DNA of 64,000 nt from Gonapodya sp. JEL0774 (taxonomy: Eukaryota). Below are positions 26,071 through 39,615 of this stretch, piece by piece. Position 1 is the first letter of the stretch; each line of letters opens with the position of its first letter. The position numbers and the translations under genes are program-made. The notes below the pieces were generated by a model. It did not search any database, had not been told where the DNA came from, and was given only the letters and a program-made list of their open reading frames with translations. The stretch lies in assembly GCA_027604505.1 (NCBI GenBank), contig JADIIX010000032.1, positions 62,001 through 126,000 of the forward strand. The letters are read 5' to 3'.

Positions 26071-28281
26071 TTATTCAAAAAATAGCATCGCAATCTCGCT
26101 CGGGTTAAGCTGCAGTGTCTGGTTTGTCACGGGCGTCCGTCCTGCAGTAGCATTGTATGTAAAGTTCAGGGGAGAGTCGAGGCTCTGTCCACCCCACGTG
26201 CTAGATAGGAAGCGAGAAACAGAGACGAGCCCACAGAGGTTAGTCATTGAGAAAGATGCATGACACATCCGATGGTGACGTTCACTCACAAGCCAGAAGT
26301 AGAGTTTGTAAAAGGAGAGTAAAATCTCTTTACGTAGATCTTCTTGTCGGAGAGTTCGCCACTCAGATTGATGGAGTCTGGGAGAACCGTACTATTAGGG
26401 AAGTTGGGTTTGTGGTTGATGAGAATTGCTCTGGAGAGGCAGCTATCCTCGTAGACAGCGTAAGCGGCGACATTGTTGAAATTGGAGGTGAGTTCAACGA
26501 TTTTGGTGTTGTAGTGCTTGCCTATCAGTTCGTTGACAATGAACGCAGCGTAGTAGGCTGCCTGGATTTTTGGAGCGTCGGCGGCAAATGGACCGACTGT
26601 GATCGCAGCTGGTTGAAGGATGCTGTAACTGTATGTATTGGAACGAGAAGTTTCAATCATTTGATCTCCGCAATGTGTCAATATGTGTGAACTCACGCGT
26701 AGCCCAATCCATTGTGCAGGTGCAACCTTTTGATACCGACACTTGCAAGCTGCAGGCTATAGTCAACGAGGTAGATGATCCCTTCCGCCGCATTACTGAT
26801 TCCTATGATACCGTGTCTAAGATAATAGATGGATGATTCACATCTCAGTCCCGGGAATTCTTCGCTGCCAGTTTAGAACTATGTTGCACTCACCTTGCAG
26901 CGGTATTCGTCTCTCCCATAACGAGCTCAAGTCCAGCACTCTCAACTTGTGCAAGCTGACTGCTGTGGATTGAGACGTTGAGCCGGACTCCGTTTTTCCC
27001 GAGGAGACTGCCCTGCGGTGGCTGAGTAGGTCCAGGGTTGTTCACAGTCTACTCAACATGGGCATTGCACGAGGGAATGTGGTGAGGAGCGAAAGAACTC
27101 GAGCATTAGTTCGAAAATCAGCAACAAGAAATGCGATTCGGTAGATCGCCACCCACACAGTAGAAGTGTTTCGCCCAAACGCCCAAGTAGTCCGTCTTCA
27201 TGCTGTCATTGGCGCCGAGAACGCTCAAAGGCATGAACTCTCCGAACCTGTAGACAGCATCCGAGAACGATCCTACGAAAAATTTGAGCCTGCCAGTGTG
27301 GTCCGGGTCCACAGCCTTGCCAATTGCCGCCACGTACTGCGACCAGTGGGAGGTCAGGTTGAAAACGTCGAAGGACTCGAACTGCCCGCCGAAGAGTTTG
27401 AAACTGTAGAGATCGGGCTGAAGATTGTGAGGAGGGAGGAGGAGGAGGAATACCGTCAGTTTCCTACAAGGGTGCTTGCTGTAGCAGCCCAAGTAAGTAC
27501 CTCGTTTCCAAGTTCGAGGTATTTTAAAGTGACATTGCTGGTGTACATTTTCCCATTTCCATAGAAGGCATCGAACTACAAAACACTGATGAGATCAGGC
27601 GACGCCGAAACTCTGAAGCGCTCAAAATCCTCCAAATCTCACCACCGCTTTTGCCTGTTCAACTGCCTCGGTTTCATTGAGAGCTTCCAAGTTGATACCC
27701 CAAGCACTAGGGAATATAGAATCCATCCGTCAGTCAAATATCATCAAACAGTATGGGCACTAATCCCAAAAGCCACAACTCACAACTCAGATCCTACCGG
27801 GAAGTTGCCACTTAGCCGGTAAAACTTCCGCGATATCTGTACATTTGTGGCGGGGGGGTATGGACTGGCCTCGGTAGGAGCGGGGTAGGTCGAGTTGATG
27901 AACTCCACGGCTGTCGTGAGCAGTGCCTTATCCTGAGAGCTACCTGGAGGAACAGAGATTCATTTGATTATGGGCTGAGTATTATCAATCAATAATCAAA
28001 CCCTCCTCCCATCACTCACCTCCAACACGAATCGCTATTGCAGCTCCGGTGAGTTTCTTGAGATTGTACAACGCCGCGTTCACGAACGCGTTGGGCTTCC
28101 CCGGTGCGGAGCCAGCCCATACATCAAAATCGCTCAGCTCAAGAGAAAGGCCCAGGAGGTTCTTGGGCAGCACCTGCGCCCATTGAGGGGTGTCGGGAGG
28201 GATGTGCACGGTGGGTACTGCCAAGAGAAGCGAGGGAAGAAGGGAAATGCCGACGAGAAGAGTCCACGCAAACGGAGCCAT
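26071..28281 (-). CDS. Secreted glycoside hydrolase family 79 (beta-glucuronidase-like)
   Basis: Signal peptide MAPFAWTLLVG..., GLSLE, IRVGG, PDLY, ELVMGETNT, AAYYA, and GH79 C-terminal WGGQSLD. Confidence 0.85.
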
Positions 28282-29444
28282 CAGAGATTATTGAAAACAG
28301 TGGTTGGCAGTTTTGGCACCTGAAACTCGCTTTATATTGCACATGGTGTCCCCCGCTCAATGGTGGGGTTTGGTGGGAAGGAGGTTTTCTAGGCTCCATT
28401 ATGGATCCATGTGTCCCGTCAGGTAACTCAACTCTAATTTAATTCACCGGCGCCGTGGAAGCGATAAAAGGAGCTGCAACAAATTTGTGTATACGTCTAA
28501 TGAATTTCCGGAACCTTCCGAGTTGCGCGAAATGAAAGGGTCGGTTGGGTGGCGGTAGTTGATCATCGTACTGCGGCTTTGGCTCGCTGGGGATTTGGCA
28601 GGATGGATATGCGTGGAGCGGATCGTAACTAGCGCTGAGACGGTTTGTAGCTCGTATTTTATTGTGAGGGAACCGTCAACCAGTGGGCAATTCGTCATCG
28701 TCCTGCTCGGCCATGCAGTCCTCTAGTACATACTAATACATATGGATCTCAAGAGCGTTCACAGATTCATTTACAATTAATTTGCATTGAGAAACACCAA
28801 GGCAACCCTCTTCTTGCTTAACCAACTCCACCACCTCCACCACCTAACCTCAGTCTCGAGAAAACATGCAAAGGACGTCCGCAACGGCAAGCTCGGAGCT
28901 GCTGGCCAGTGCAGCATGGGAATGTTAAAAATGGTACTGAGTGGACTGTGCAGCGTTGTCGGAACTCACTCGGAGAGCTCTGTGGCAAGCTCGAGACCGT
29001 GGTTGGTGAGTGTAATTGTCGTCCTGCTGCCAGAGGAGGCACGGGTTTGTGGGTGGTGAGACGATGACACACGGTAGGGTTTGTTTATGGGGTGGATCTT
29101 CGCAAGGCCCCATTTGCCCTGTGGCTGCACCTTCGAGGATTTCGTCCGTTGAGCGAACGACAGCCTTCATCGTTCAAGCATCAATCGATCAAGAACCTGA
29201 AAGAACCGGTGTGTCTCCCATGCAATGGTAGTGGGGGATACGGCACTCTTAACGTCCCAATGAAACCCCACTCATCATCGATTCATCGTCATATTTTGAA
29301 TGCACTTACAGCCCGCATTTGCATTTGCATACTTTAACACTTCAATTTACAGCCTTGTTAATAGTTGTGCGGTATGTGGTACTCATATTTCCGGTAGTTC
29401 CCCGTCCCCGAACTTTTTGCTCATCTTGCTGTTGCTCTCCAGTC

Positions 29445-30335
29445 ATGATGATGCCAACTCCATCTGAGCTCTCCGACATCTCCCCCATCGCCATTTCAAT
29501 CTTTTGTGGCTTCGTCCTACTCATCCTATTTGTACTTGTCGGACTTCGCCCCTCAAATCCTCCCAAGCTCGCCAAGCCCCCAACCCCAACCTCAACCTTA
29601 CCTGCTCCATATTCCATGACTACAAACGTGATGAAAATCTGGCTCAACGGACACTTCGATGACACCACTGCGCGATTTCGCGCAATGCATGTGGGAGCTG
29701 GAACGGCAAAGCACATCCGGGTCTCGACATCCCCAGTTATGGAAGAAGAGTGCGACGCTTTGGAATCCAGTATTGTAACAAGCAGCCATGTGAACATGCC
29801 AAAGCCGACCACTACATCGTCGTCGTATCTTGTCTGCCATGTTCCCACCATCCAGCCCGCCAATGCCAAACTTGGGTGGCCCACACGCCCCAAGGAGTTT
29901 GATGAGGAAACTCACGAACTCATGAGAAAGGCACTGGCCAAAATCCGAAGGCAGATTGCGGGTGCTGCATTCGAGATCGATGAGGAAGAAGAAGGGGATC
30001 TTTGGCCAATGGACAACCCGAGAGGTGAATCACCATCGCAAAGGAGTTCGGAGGATAGAGATTGGACGGAGTTGTTGCTGGTTGTGGGAGCGGGAGTGGT
30101 TGTAGGGGCGCTCGTGGTTGGGAGGGTTTTGGGAATAGGTGATGGAAGTTGGGGAATGGAGGGGGCTTCGAGAACGAGAAGGCTCGGATGTAGAAGAATT
30201 TTCATTGGCGTTTGTTCCCGATTTACGAATGTTTCATTCCAATCGAATCGTTTTGCGAAACATCACGTAAACGGGACGCGTATTCTTCTTCAACCGATAG
30301 AGGTCGCCACAAATCATTTTTCCAATTTCATGTAA
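29445..30335 (+). CDS. Orphan protein with N- and C-terminal TM segments; intact paralogue of 24893-25565
   Basis: Uninterrupted ORF with hydrophobic IAISIFCGFVLLILFVLV and LLLVVGAGVVVGALVV. No recognised domain. Confidence 0.6.
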   Translation: MMMPTPSELSDISPIAISIFCGFVLLILFVLVGLRPSNPPKLAKPPTPTSTLPAPYSMTTNVMKIWLNGHFDDTTARFRAMHVGAGTAKHIRVSTSPVMEEECDALESSIVTSSHVNMPKPTTTSSSYLVCHVPTIQPANAKLGWPTRPKEFDEETHELMRKALAKIRRQIAGAAFEIDEEEEGDLWPMDNPRGESPSQRSSEDRDWTELLLVVGAGVVVGALVVGRVLGIGDGSWGMEGASRTRRLGCRRIFIGVCSRFTNVSFQSNRFAKHHVNGTRILLQPIEVATNHFSNFM

Positions 30336-30668
30336 GCGATCGCCAAACCACAGGGTACACTTATACCACGATTCATATAGCAGTGTCCCATCCACCGTTT
30401 CATGAAAAACGGCCCAAAAGGGAACTCGACAAACTGGACTGATACACCAGGCACTTCTCAATCTCAATCTCGTTCACGCCAAACCTCAGCACCAAACTCC
30501 ACACAAATCTTTTCCCTTTTCTTTCTTCTTGCCACTCTCCTGCTGGCTCTCTTTGCTTCCAAGTTTCCCGTTTCTCCCGTGCTTGCTAGAATAGCAGGAA
30601 AGCGACCTATCCTTTCATCCCTTTCTGTATCCAACCCTTTAACAACTTCCCCAAGACCTCACACTGTG

Positions 30669-32569
30669 ATGGCGTCCAAAGCTCCTAAATCAGTTATTGG
30701 GAAACCAAATGCCCTTTCCACGGCCGGAGTTGGACCTTGGACTACGCAGGATGTGAGTTTCGTAACAACTATAAAGAGAGCAACTAACACGGTGGTGCTC
30801 CTGCGAAATTGAACAAGCAAAGGTTCTGTGTCACTGAAGTGCCTTGGGGAGCCATTGCTTCCCAGTGTTCTGGCCTGTGATGAAGCTCTCTCTAAAAGCC
30901 GGCACACTCTGACGTTTCCTTTCCACCTACCGCTACTCTTACCCCAGCCATTCCTCTTCTGCGTTTTTCACCACGATGCGTACCCCGCCGGTAATGAAAA
31001 TCTTATACCGGTAACCCCGAACTACAAGAGTGGCAGAAACATGGGTAGTGATTTCGAGGGGAAAGATGGATGGAGAATGTACCATGGCGCGGACGTACCG
31101 GGCTTCCCACAGCGTGAGTTCACTCATCATTTCTGTTCATTCGATTTGACTGGCTTGCACCTGGTGGGTGCTGGAGAGGTTATGAGTATGAAGCTTACTG
31201 CCCAATGACAACGAATTTTGGAAATGGCGCCCACTGCCGAAGCATTGGGCGTGCTTGCGGACCCCTCACAAGAGTTGGGAGTTTCATTACTTGAAATCAG
31301 ATGCTTTTTGTGGTGGTTTTGCTATCTACAGAACACAACAGTTCTCTTCCATCCTTACATTTCGAATCTGCGATCCACTTCCAGATCCCCACCGCGGTTT
31401 CGAGACTATCACCATCACGAAACAGGGTTTGATCGACCATTCAGACTCATTAGGTGCCGCGGCGAGATTTGGTGAGGGTGATACTCAGTGGTGAGTTCAG
31501 TTTGCAGTTGTCATTTACGCGATAGAAGTTGCTCTCATACATACACCTCGTACAATCCCCTGTGGGGTAAGGCTCACCGCTGGCAAGGGCATCGTACACT
31601 GCGAAATGTTCCCGATGGTTGAAAAGGACCCCAAGAAGGGCAACCCAACAGACTTTTTCCAAATTTGGTTGAACCTGCCCAAATCGGATAAGATGGTGGA
31701 TCCTCACTGTGAGTTTTTCATGTGATTAGACTACATCTCCGCGTCTTCACGCTCCGCTTTGTCCACAACCCCCCAACCCCCTCCAGTCACCATGCTTTGG
31801 GCCGACGCCACCCCAACCTACACCGTTCCGTCATCCACCAACTCCTCTGCTACGGCCACTGTACGCACAATCGCCGGATCACTTTCCGTTCCCGGCTCCA
31901 CCACGCCCTTTGTAGCTCCCCCGCTTCCACCGCCAAGCAGCTACGCTTCAAAGCCTTGGAGTAACATGGCAATCTGGACGGTTGATATGCAGGCAGGGAG
32001 TGAAGTGACCATTCCCGCGGTGGCAGAAGTGGTGCCGAGCCCTCAAGGGAAGAAGGTCGTTACTCGTTCGCTGTACTTCTTCGATGGAGCCTCAATCTCT
32101 GTGTCGGACGCTGATGACTCGTCCACGGAGCTCCCTGTATCTCGTCACGCGTGGCTCGCCCTTGACGTCAACAAGGCCACCACCGTGCGCAACTCCGGCA
32201 GCACTGTTGCAAGGCTGCTCATGCTCCAGGCCAGTCCCTTGGGCGAGCCTGTGGCCCAGCATGGGCCATTTGTGATGAATACGAGGCAGGAGATTTTCGA
32301 GGCGTTCATGGATTATCGGTGAGCACGAATGTAGCCGATTCTGCTCCGTGATGACAATCTCACAATGTTTATGTTCTCTCTTCCGTAACCACCGTCCCCA
32401 CTTTGTTTGCTAACGCAGGGAGACGCAATTTGGTGGCTGGAAATGGCCTAGTGATGAACCAACTCACGGAGGAGCGGAAGTTGGACGCTTTGCACGGCAC
32501 CCAAACGGAAAGCTGGAGAAGAAGTTTGAGGGGAAAGTCAAGGGTCCATGGGGAGCTGGGTGGGTTTAG
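30669..32569 (+). CDS. Pirin family protein (cupin); possible in-frame upstream start at 30402
   Basis: [68 protein letters not shown]. Confidence 0.92.
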
Positions 32570-34955
32570 AGTGTGATTTGGGAAGGATAGAATGTGAATG
32601 TAGAGGAAGCAAAGACGTGATTCGGTTTTGGTTCGTTGTGAATGTGTTAGTTTACATATTTTGTTTTCCTCGATTAAAAGTACCAGGTTTCTTAGATAGA
32701 GGTTCATAATCGATTGAGCTCTTATATTTTTGCAAACCTCAGTGCGAAAAACATCACGTGACACCACCTCGAAATTGCATGCATGGTCAGGGTTGTGGAC
32801 ATTTTTCATGCTCACAGAAGAGAGCGAATCATGGATCATCTCTCACAGCAAGGGCCTTCCTTTGCGACGAAAACAGCCCTTGTTCGGCTGCTCTCGAGTG
32901 TATCTTGCCGCAGGAAGTCGGGAAAGGAAGAAAAGAGATCAAAGAGGGGCACGCGAGTCATCAGTTGATTATCATTCAAGCGATGGAGCATGCCGATCCT
33001 TTGATCCGCGTTCCGAGTTCAAGAGCTCAGTTGTACCGGCGACGCTTGCGTTAGACCCCCGCTTTCCGCACCGACCGACCCCAGCCAGACTTACCCTCAC
33101 CACTCAATAGTCCATGGTATGCCTCGTCCATGATCTGCATTGGACCTGAGCCCGGTTGAATGAATTCCAAGTCTGAGAAAAAGTTTGGCGGAATTTTAAC
33201 CGAACAGTCATCGCGTGATGAGATCCTCGGGTGGTCACGAAAGTTTTTTTTATGTGCATTTTCTAATTTTTGTTTGGATCGGATGCACTCTCCTATATGT
33301 TGTCTCGAACGCGGTCAGTCGGTGAGACTTTTCGCGTGGGTCGATCATTCGTTTCCCTGCACCTTTGTGCTTCTAACAGCAGCAAATTTTTCCACAAGAA
33401 ATGCTCCAATTTGTACGAATATGCTTCTGCACCACTGGCGTCGCAGCTTAATCGTTGGAATTTAGCAGGAGTCTGGTCACAATGAACTTGCAGGACTCCT
33501 TAAACAAATTGCCTCTCATCCACGCATGTATTTTCATCTATGATACGACGATCACTTTCGAATGCTTTGGTCCTGCACTTCGGAGCCAGTCTTTTTTATC
33601 GTGTGTGATTGGTACTACATCTATCTACTACATACGCGAGGCACCTGTCTCAACTTACTTGCTTCTTGTGCAGGGACAAGCGCTGCTGACAACGACTATC
33701 AGGGCGAGCGAACTCTGATAGCTTCTGTCCAAGGATGATTTCCCGTATCTTTTATGTGGCATGACACTTGAAAGTATCCCAAAGTGTCGAAAATTTGCGA
33801 ATTCTCAATGTGGTTTCAACAAGCTTCACGACTTTACTTCCCCAAAAAGTTCTCCACTCATTTGAATCGAAGCGGTATCATCGGTTTTGCAGATTGGAAT
33901 TAAAGAATCTATCGAGTGCCTTCATCGACTTCATCGAATTCTACCATACATCGGCGTTGAGACCAGAGACTCCCCTCACCAAGCCCTGTCAGCTTGTCTG
34001 CATGTGTGGTGCGCGTTCACTGCACCGCGAATGATGGAAATCACTGAAAATATCTTCCTTGCATACCAGTTTAGTGCGACGTGCCTCCGCCATCACCATC
34101 ACCATCAAGAATATGGGGTATGCTTTCACCAACAACATCTACCAGTTATGGTCACAATCGAAGCGTTAGTTGGTGGAGTTGAGTTGGTGGGGTTGATTGG
34201 AACAAAGCGATCCCTTCACCCCTCCTCTTTCTCCTCTTTTCCTCCCATTCTGGAGAATAATTTTGACATGCCAACACAGTCAGTTCATCTACAAACTTTT
34301 TGAGAACTCCTTTCGCGGCTTTCAACTAAGGGGCTTCTGCCTGACAGCTCGGTGCACCTGACTCTGGATGACGAACTTCTGGCAAGGAGTGATCGCCGTG
34401 CACATTCTCAGTTCCACTTCTCTGTGCGACCCGACATCGAATGAAAGTCTTTTCAGCGATTCGTTGATTTTCGCTTAATACGAACGAATTGATTTCTGCA
34501 GTGTAGCTATTTTTATGTCTGTCCGAATCAGTAGTGTCCCCGAATCGTCTTTGAAAGGGATGGGTCCTGAATTCTGAGAGGAAATGGATCACTATATGCT
34601 CTAAGAGGGCTCCGAGAAGATAAATCCTTCTTTCAGAAGTTACTTCTGTCGAATTCAATACCACTACCAGCCAGACCAAGTTTCTGGAAATTTCGGCGGC
34701 CGTTGCAACCGCCGGAGTCTGTACGCACAAGTAACGTCAAGCTTATCGTGCCAGAATGGTCTTGGACGAGGCATTATCAAATTGTTGTGAAACGCAGAGT
34801 GACGAGCGTGCAGTTAGGATATGTTGCGAAACGCAAATCTGTCACAAGAGCTCATTTTCTTGAAACGGTTCTTCGAAGACATGTCGTCTATTTGATCAAC
34901 AACTGGGGCGGTGCAGTATGGTCTTTTCCGCCAGCATCCTTGAGGAGGAGAAGAA

Positions 34956-34997
34956 TGACCCTTCCAAAGTCGTATTTGACCCTTCCAAAGTCGTATT
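34956..34997. repeat. Perfect 21-bp tandem duplication (tgacccttccaaagtcgtatt x2)
   Basis: Read directly from the sequence. Confidence 0.95.
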
Positions 34998-36031
34998 CGC
35001 CGCCTTGGTGGCTGCTGGAAGCATTGAAAGTCCATTCAGCAAGGTGATGTCGCACACGGATGTGGATTGATATGATTTGTTGGTCTATGTCCGGAGATGG
35101 ATTCCTCGAGATATTTATGGAAAAACAGTGAAGGAAGAAAAGTCGTGCTGTGAAGGGGATCTTCGTGGATGTTTTGGAATCGATGCAGTTTCTGCGCGAA
35201 CTCCGAACGCTGCTCAGGGCTTCTTCGCGAGATATCAAACGAGCCGCAAGCCGCGAGTCTTCGCAGAAACCCAAATTCTGGGTTATAAGAATATTTCCCT
35301 CTCTTGCTTTGGAAGGCGTGGCATCGCCCACTGTGGGAACACTGAGTATTCATTAGCAGGAATACGTCGAACACTTGCCGTTGTTCGGTCAATCAACAAA
35401 TGTCAACAATAACTCATGCACGCACACCTTCAAGATTTACCCCTGCCGTTGAGTGGAATTCAGCATGACCGTCGAATTTTCGTTTCGACCAGTGGCTCGC
35501 TGAGAGCGTTTTCTCAGCGAATCTAGGAAAGAGAAACTTCTAAGTATTTCATCGACAGTACATACATTCCCTTTACCGCGGAAAGTTCTTACCCACCATG
35601 ACCATGTACTGCTTAGGAGGAGGGTCAGCAGCTGCTCTACCACCATAAAGTGCAGATTCTCATATGATGACTCAAGAAAACCAGTAGTTGAAGAGCCAGG
35701 TTGACTTTGCCTACGATTCCTCTGGGTCTTGCTGGATACAGCCACTCAAATCACTCAAAGGATTCGACCTGTGAGAACTCGGCTGGTGACAGTAGTTTGG
35801 CGGAGCATGAAGAAGGCCCTGGAACTGTCATGAAAATCAAAATGTATTGGTTGTGTTAACAGGGCGATGATGATGGTCGGATAGATACATACATATGTTT
35901 CATTTGTCGGTGACTAAAAGACGAAGGGGGACGTCACCAGAGAGAGGCTCGGATGAAAGCCCTGTCGGCACCACGCACTCTGCTTCCGAACACAGAATTT
36001 TCCTCCGAAATCTGTCAACTCCAGGCTCACG

Positions 36032-37477
36032 ATGTCCAACCGAGTTTCTCAGCTTGCATCGCACCTTGTTGTGCCGAACGAAACAGCCGCTGGATCCAAG
36101 TTGGTCGCGAAGGATCCGTTCTCCCGTTCCGATCCTTACATCACTGCATTGGTCTCCCACAATGACTCGGCGCTGAAAACCTTCATTGAGCGAAATGGAA
36201 CTACTCCAATCACCGTTTCTTTTGACTCAGCCGTGCCCCACGTAGCGGTCATCAAGTTCAACAACCCGTCCCAGTTCAACTCTCTCTCCGTCGCCATGGG
36301 TCAGGCCTTTGGCCGCATCATCGATTTCTTGATGGATTCGTGTCGGGATATCCGAGCCGTAGTTCTCACAGGAGAGGGAAAGGCATTTTGTGCTGGTGCG
36401 GATCTCAGGAGGTCGGGAACACGACAGAAGGGTGCGGACAGCGAGAAGGTATACGAAGGGAGCGAGTTTTACAATTTGTATCTGGGGCCCATACGAAGAT
36501 GTAAGGTACGTAGAGACCAGCATGGCCTTTATCGAAGTTTGGTGAGACCGCGAGAGGCACCTCTCCTACAAGATGCACTTGCGGAAGGCATTACTTTCGC
36601 TATTTGGAAAGTCGCTTTCGTTTTAGACTTAGATTGTCTCCGCCGGTTAGTTTCGATCAACTTACCTGCATTGCTCTGTCCATCACATCCTTCCCAAATC
36701 AGGTGCCCATTATCGCAGCCGTAAACGGCCACGCCATTGGAGCAGGCTTCTCTGTTGCATTAGCTTGCGACATGCGTACAGCATACAAGGACGCGAGGGT
36801 TGGAGTGAACTTTGTGCGGTAGGTTTCGTATTAACTCAAAGCAATGTGGCGATTCCAGTCACTTAAGCGCTCTCCTCTGTCATATCCCTGACTATTCAAT
36901 TATTGAAATATGAAAACTCTTAGTCTCGGCCTCCACCCTGGCATGGCTGCTACCCGTACGTTTGTTCGTCTATTCAAAATCGTTGTCGTTTTTCTTACAA
37001 ACGTCAATCTACGACGCCTTCAGAAACTCTCCCCCTCCTTCTTGGAACCCAACACGCCAACCGTCTCCTCCTCACCGGCGAACTCCAACCTGCCTCCCAT
37101 CCTCTCATGTCCCCCATCTTCCTCTCTCTCCACGACAGCGCCAGTGCAACCCTCGATGCTGCTCTCGACGTTGCCCGCAAATGCGCATCAGCAAGTCCCT
37201 TGGCTGTGCAAGCTACAACAAGAACTCTGAGGATGAGGTGGGAGAGTGGATTGGAGCAGGTTTTGGAGAGGGAGGGATGGGGTCAGATGATGGGCAGAAT
37301 TGTCGAGGGAGGGGCGCAAGTGACAGAGGTGGGTTGTGCCTTGATGAGATACACTTTGCTGCAGTGTGGAAGGTTTCGTGCTGGCCATGCGGCTAACCAC
37401 CCCTTGCCCCGTCACTTCAGGGTACTCGCGCGACGGCAGAGAAGCGTGACCCGGTGTTCCGCCCTGCACAAGATTAG
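36032..37477 (+). CDS. Enoyl-CoA hydratase/isomerase (crotonase family)
   Basis: VVLTGEGKAFCAGADL, PIIAAVNGHAIGAG, LACDMR, LGLHPGMAAT, SPLAV; last exon GTRATAEKRDPVFRPAQD-stop. Confidence 0.9.
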
Positions 37478-38038
37478 TCGTAGATGGAGCTCAAAACGGC
37501 TGTTCTCGGGAGATTTTGGAGCAGATCTAGTGATTGTTTTGTGCATTCGAAGCAAATACAAGGATTGGAAACTGATGTGTGCCTGTTCTCGAGCCCCTTG
37601 CATTTCTTTACTCAGATTCACCCGTGAGCACGCAGGAGGCTGTGGAGTTGAATGAGCAACCTGAGCACCAATGTCAATGTGAATATGACTACATAAAGTT
37701 TAGTGGGCTCATTCGACATCATTGTTATGTAACATCAGCGAGGTAATGGTGATTTATTATTCCAGGGAAACTCTCATTTTCTCTGCTTATCACATTGACA
37801 CTTTGAGAGAGACTTGATAAAGCCAACAGATTAGGTGCTACCACGTGCAGTAATTACATGATGTGATGCGACGACATTTGTCAGGAAGATCTCAACAATT
37901 TCCAAATGATGAACCAAAAAGAGCGGAATAACACATGAATATTGGCAGGGCATCGAAGAAGGTAGTCGCCGAATGATGAATCCGCTTGCTTCAAGAATAC
38001 AGTTGATGTGCATATGAAAGGATGCATTTCTCAACAGC

Positions 38039-39615
38039 TCAACGTGTTTCTGGGGGAGTTGGAGGAGGGGTGATGGGTTCTCCACGAGACCGACTTTGTG
38101 CACGATGGTGGCAAACAAGAAGGTGGTCCGCAACTGTCAGTACCCGAGGCTCAATTGGGAAAAGTGACGCCAGAGTTTGCAGAATGCTTTGCGTCTGGGG
38201 ACAAATGGATGAATTGAACTTGCCCAATTATAAGATCGACGCGTCAACAGCTAACTCACCAAGCAAGTGCTCTCTTCTTTTCCCTCAATTATTAACAATT
38301 TATCCGCTGCAATTAAGGCAGCCACCGCAATCGTCGCGCTTCTCAGACCGAGGAAGCGAGAATGCGCTAACGAGGTATCGATTACGCTGTGTGCGAGTTC
38401 AATAACGTCGCGCGGAACCGAAATCGCCGGTTCTGTAGACTGGCCGATCGGAGAGTAGAAATCGCTATTCCGGATAGATCGGCCGTCGTTGCCAACCCGG
38501 CCTGTAAGGGTGTCCACAAGGTCACCGGGAGACTTCCAGCTCAAGTCAAAGCCGATGACATCCAAGAGCCGCCTCTCCATCTCCTTGAGATCCCAGCGAG
38601 AGTATTGATTGCAGCAGAGCGCCATTATATTGCCGACCGTGAGTGTTGCCTTGGGGAGCTCAACATATTTGGACGCCACGAAGAGACAGGTGATACCCAA
38701 TAGTTGACTAAAATGTAAGCAAACAACGGTTAGATGCACAAACAGAGAGAGTTTAGTGCCCAAGAACCATTTCCGTTGCAAACGTACTAGTCTCTTTTGG
38801 GGATACTTCTCCGACTCAAATACCTATCGCAGGCATTGACAGCGAGCGCCAGAGAGGTGGAGGACAGATTAAACGCGCATTTTATATCTGCGTCATTGCA
38901 GTTTGGTCGGGCACATGAATGCGTGAATAAAGAAACTTCAAGTGCAGTGTTTCAGGGACCAACCTGAAAGCCACTCCACCAAACTCCGACGCACTGACGC
39001 GGGTAAACCATCAAACACTGAGCACGAGAACTATCACCCACAGAGCGTATTTCCTACTTACTTTCACCGGTAACTTCGGTTTGGAAGTCCAAAAAATCTG
39101 ATAGCGGAAGTGTTGACTCCTGTGAATGGATTTTCCACAACCATGGGTTGGTTCCACCAGGAAAGAAGAGAAGCATGGAAGAAAAATCAGTCTCCGCAGC
39201 TCGAGGAAAAGAGCAAAGAGGTGGTCTAACGCACCTCTTCGACTGCCGTTATGTGCATTATTTCCGGCAAATACTCCGCAAACCCGTCGTGGTGAACGGC
39301 CGGCACAACTGCCGACACCAAACCAAACACGCGTTTCCCTTCGTCACCCAATCGGCTTTCTGCTGGAGGTGGACTGGGAAGCGGTTTGCAGTGCCGATAT
39401 CTGTCCATTTGAGGCGTTCAGGGACAACACGGACAGATTGCAGAAAGGCGGATTGGGGCTTGGAGCGTAACGGCGAGAGGGAGCAGTCCGAGATGGAATT
39501 TCCTTTGTGCGACCCACTGACGCCGGTCAGTCAAGATAGAGTTAGGCGAAACACGATTTGGTTTCGTTTTGTGAAGCGCTTGTTTGACAGCTGAGGTGAG
39601 TGGTGGTCGCCTCAT
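38039..39615 (-). CDS. Cyclin (A/B-like cyclin box), divergent
   Basis: EYLPEIMH, VRRSLVEWL, QLLGITCLFVASKYVE, MERRLLDVIGFDL, ATIAVAAL. Start codon uncertain. Confidence 0.8.

Noticed and set aside
30876..30912. TGTGATGA...CTGA in pirin intron 1 as a C/D snoRNA
   Set aside because: Boxes are only about 25 nt apart; no convincing upstream C box or target.
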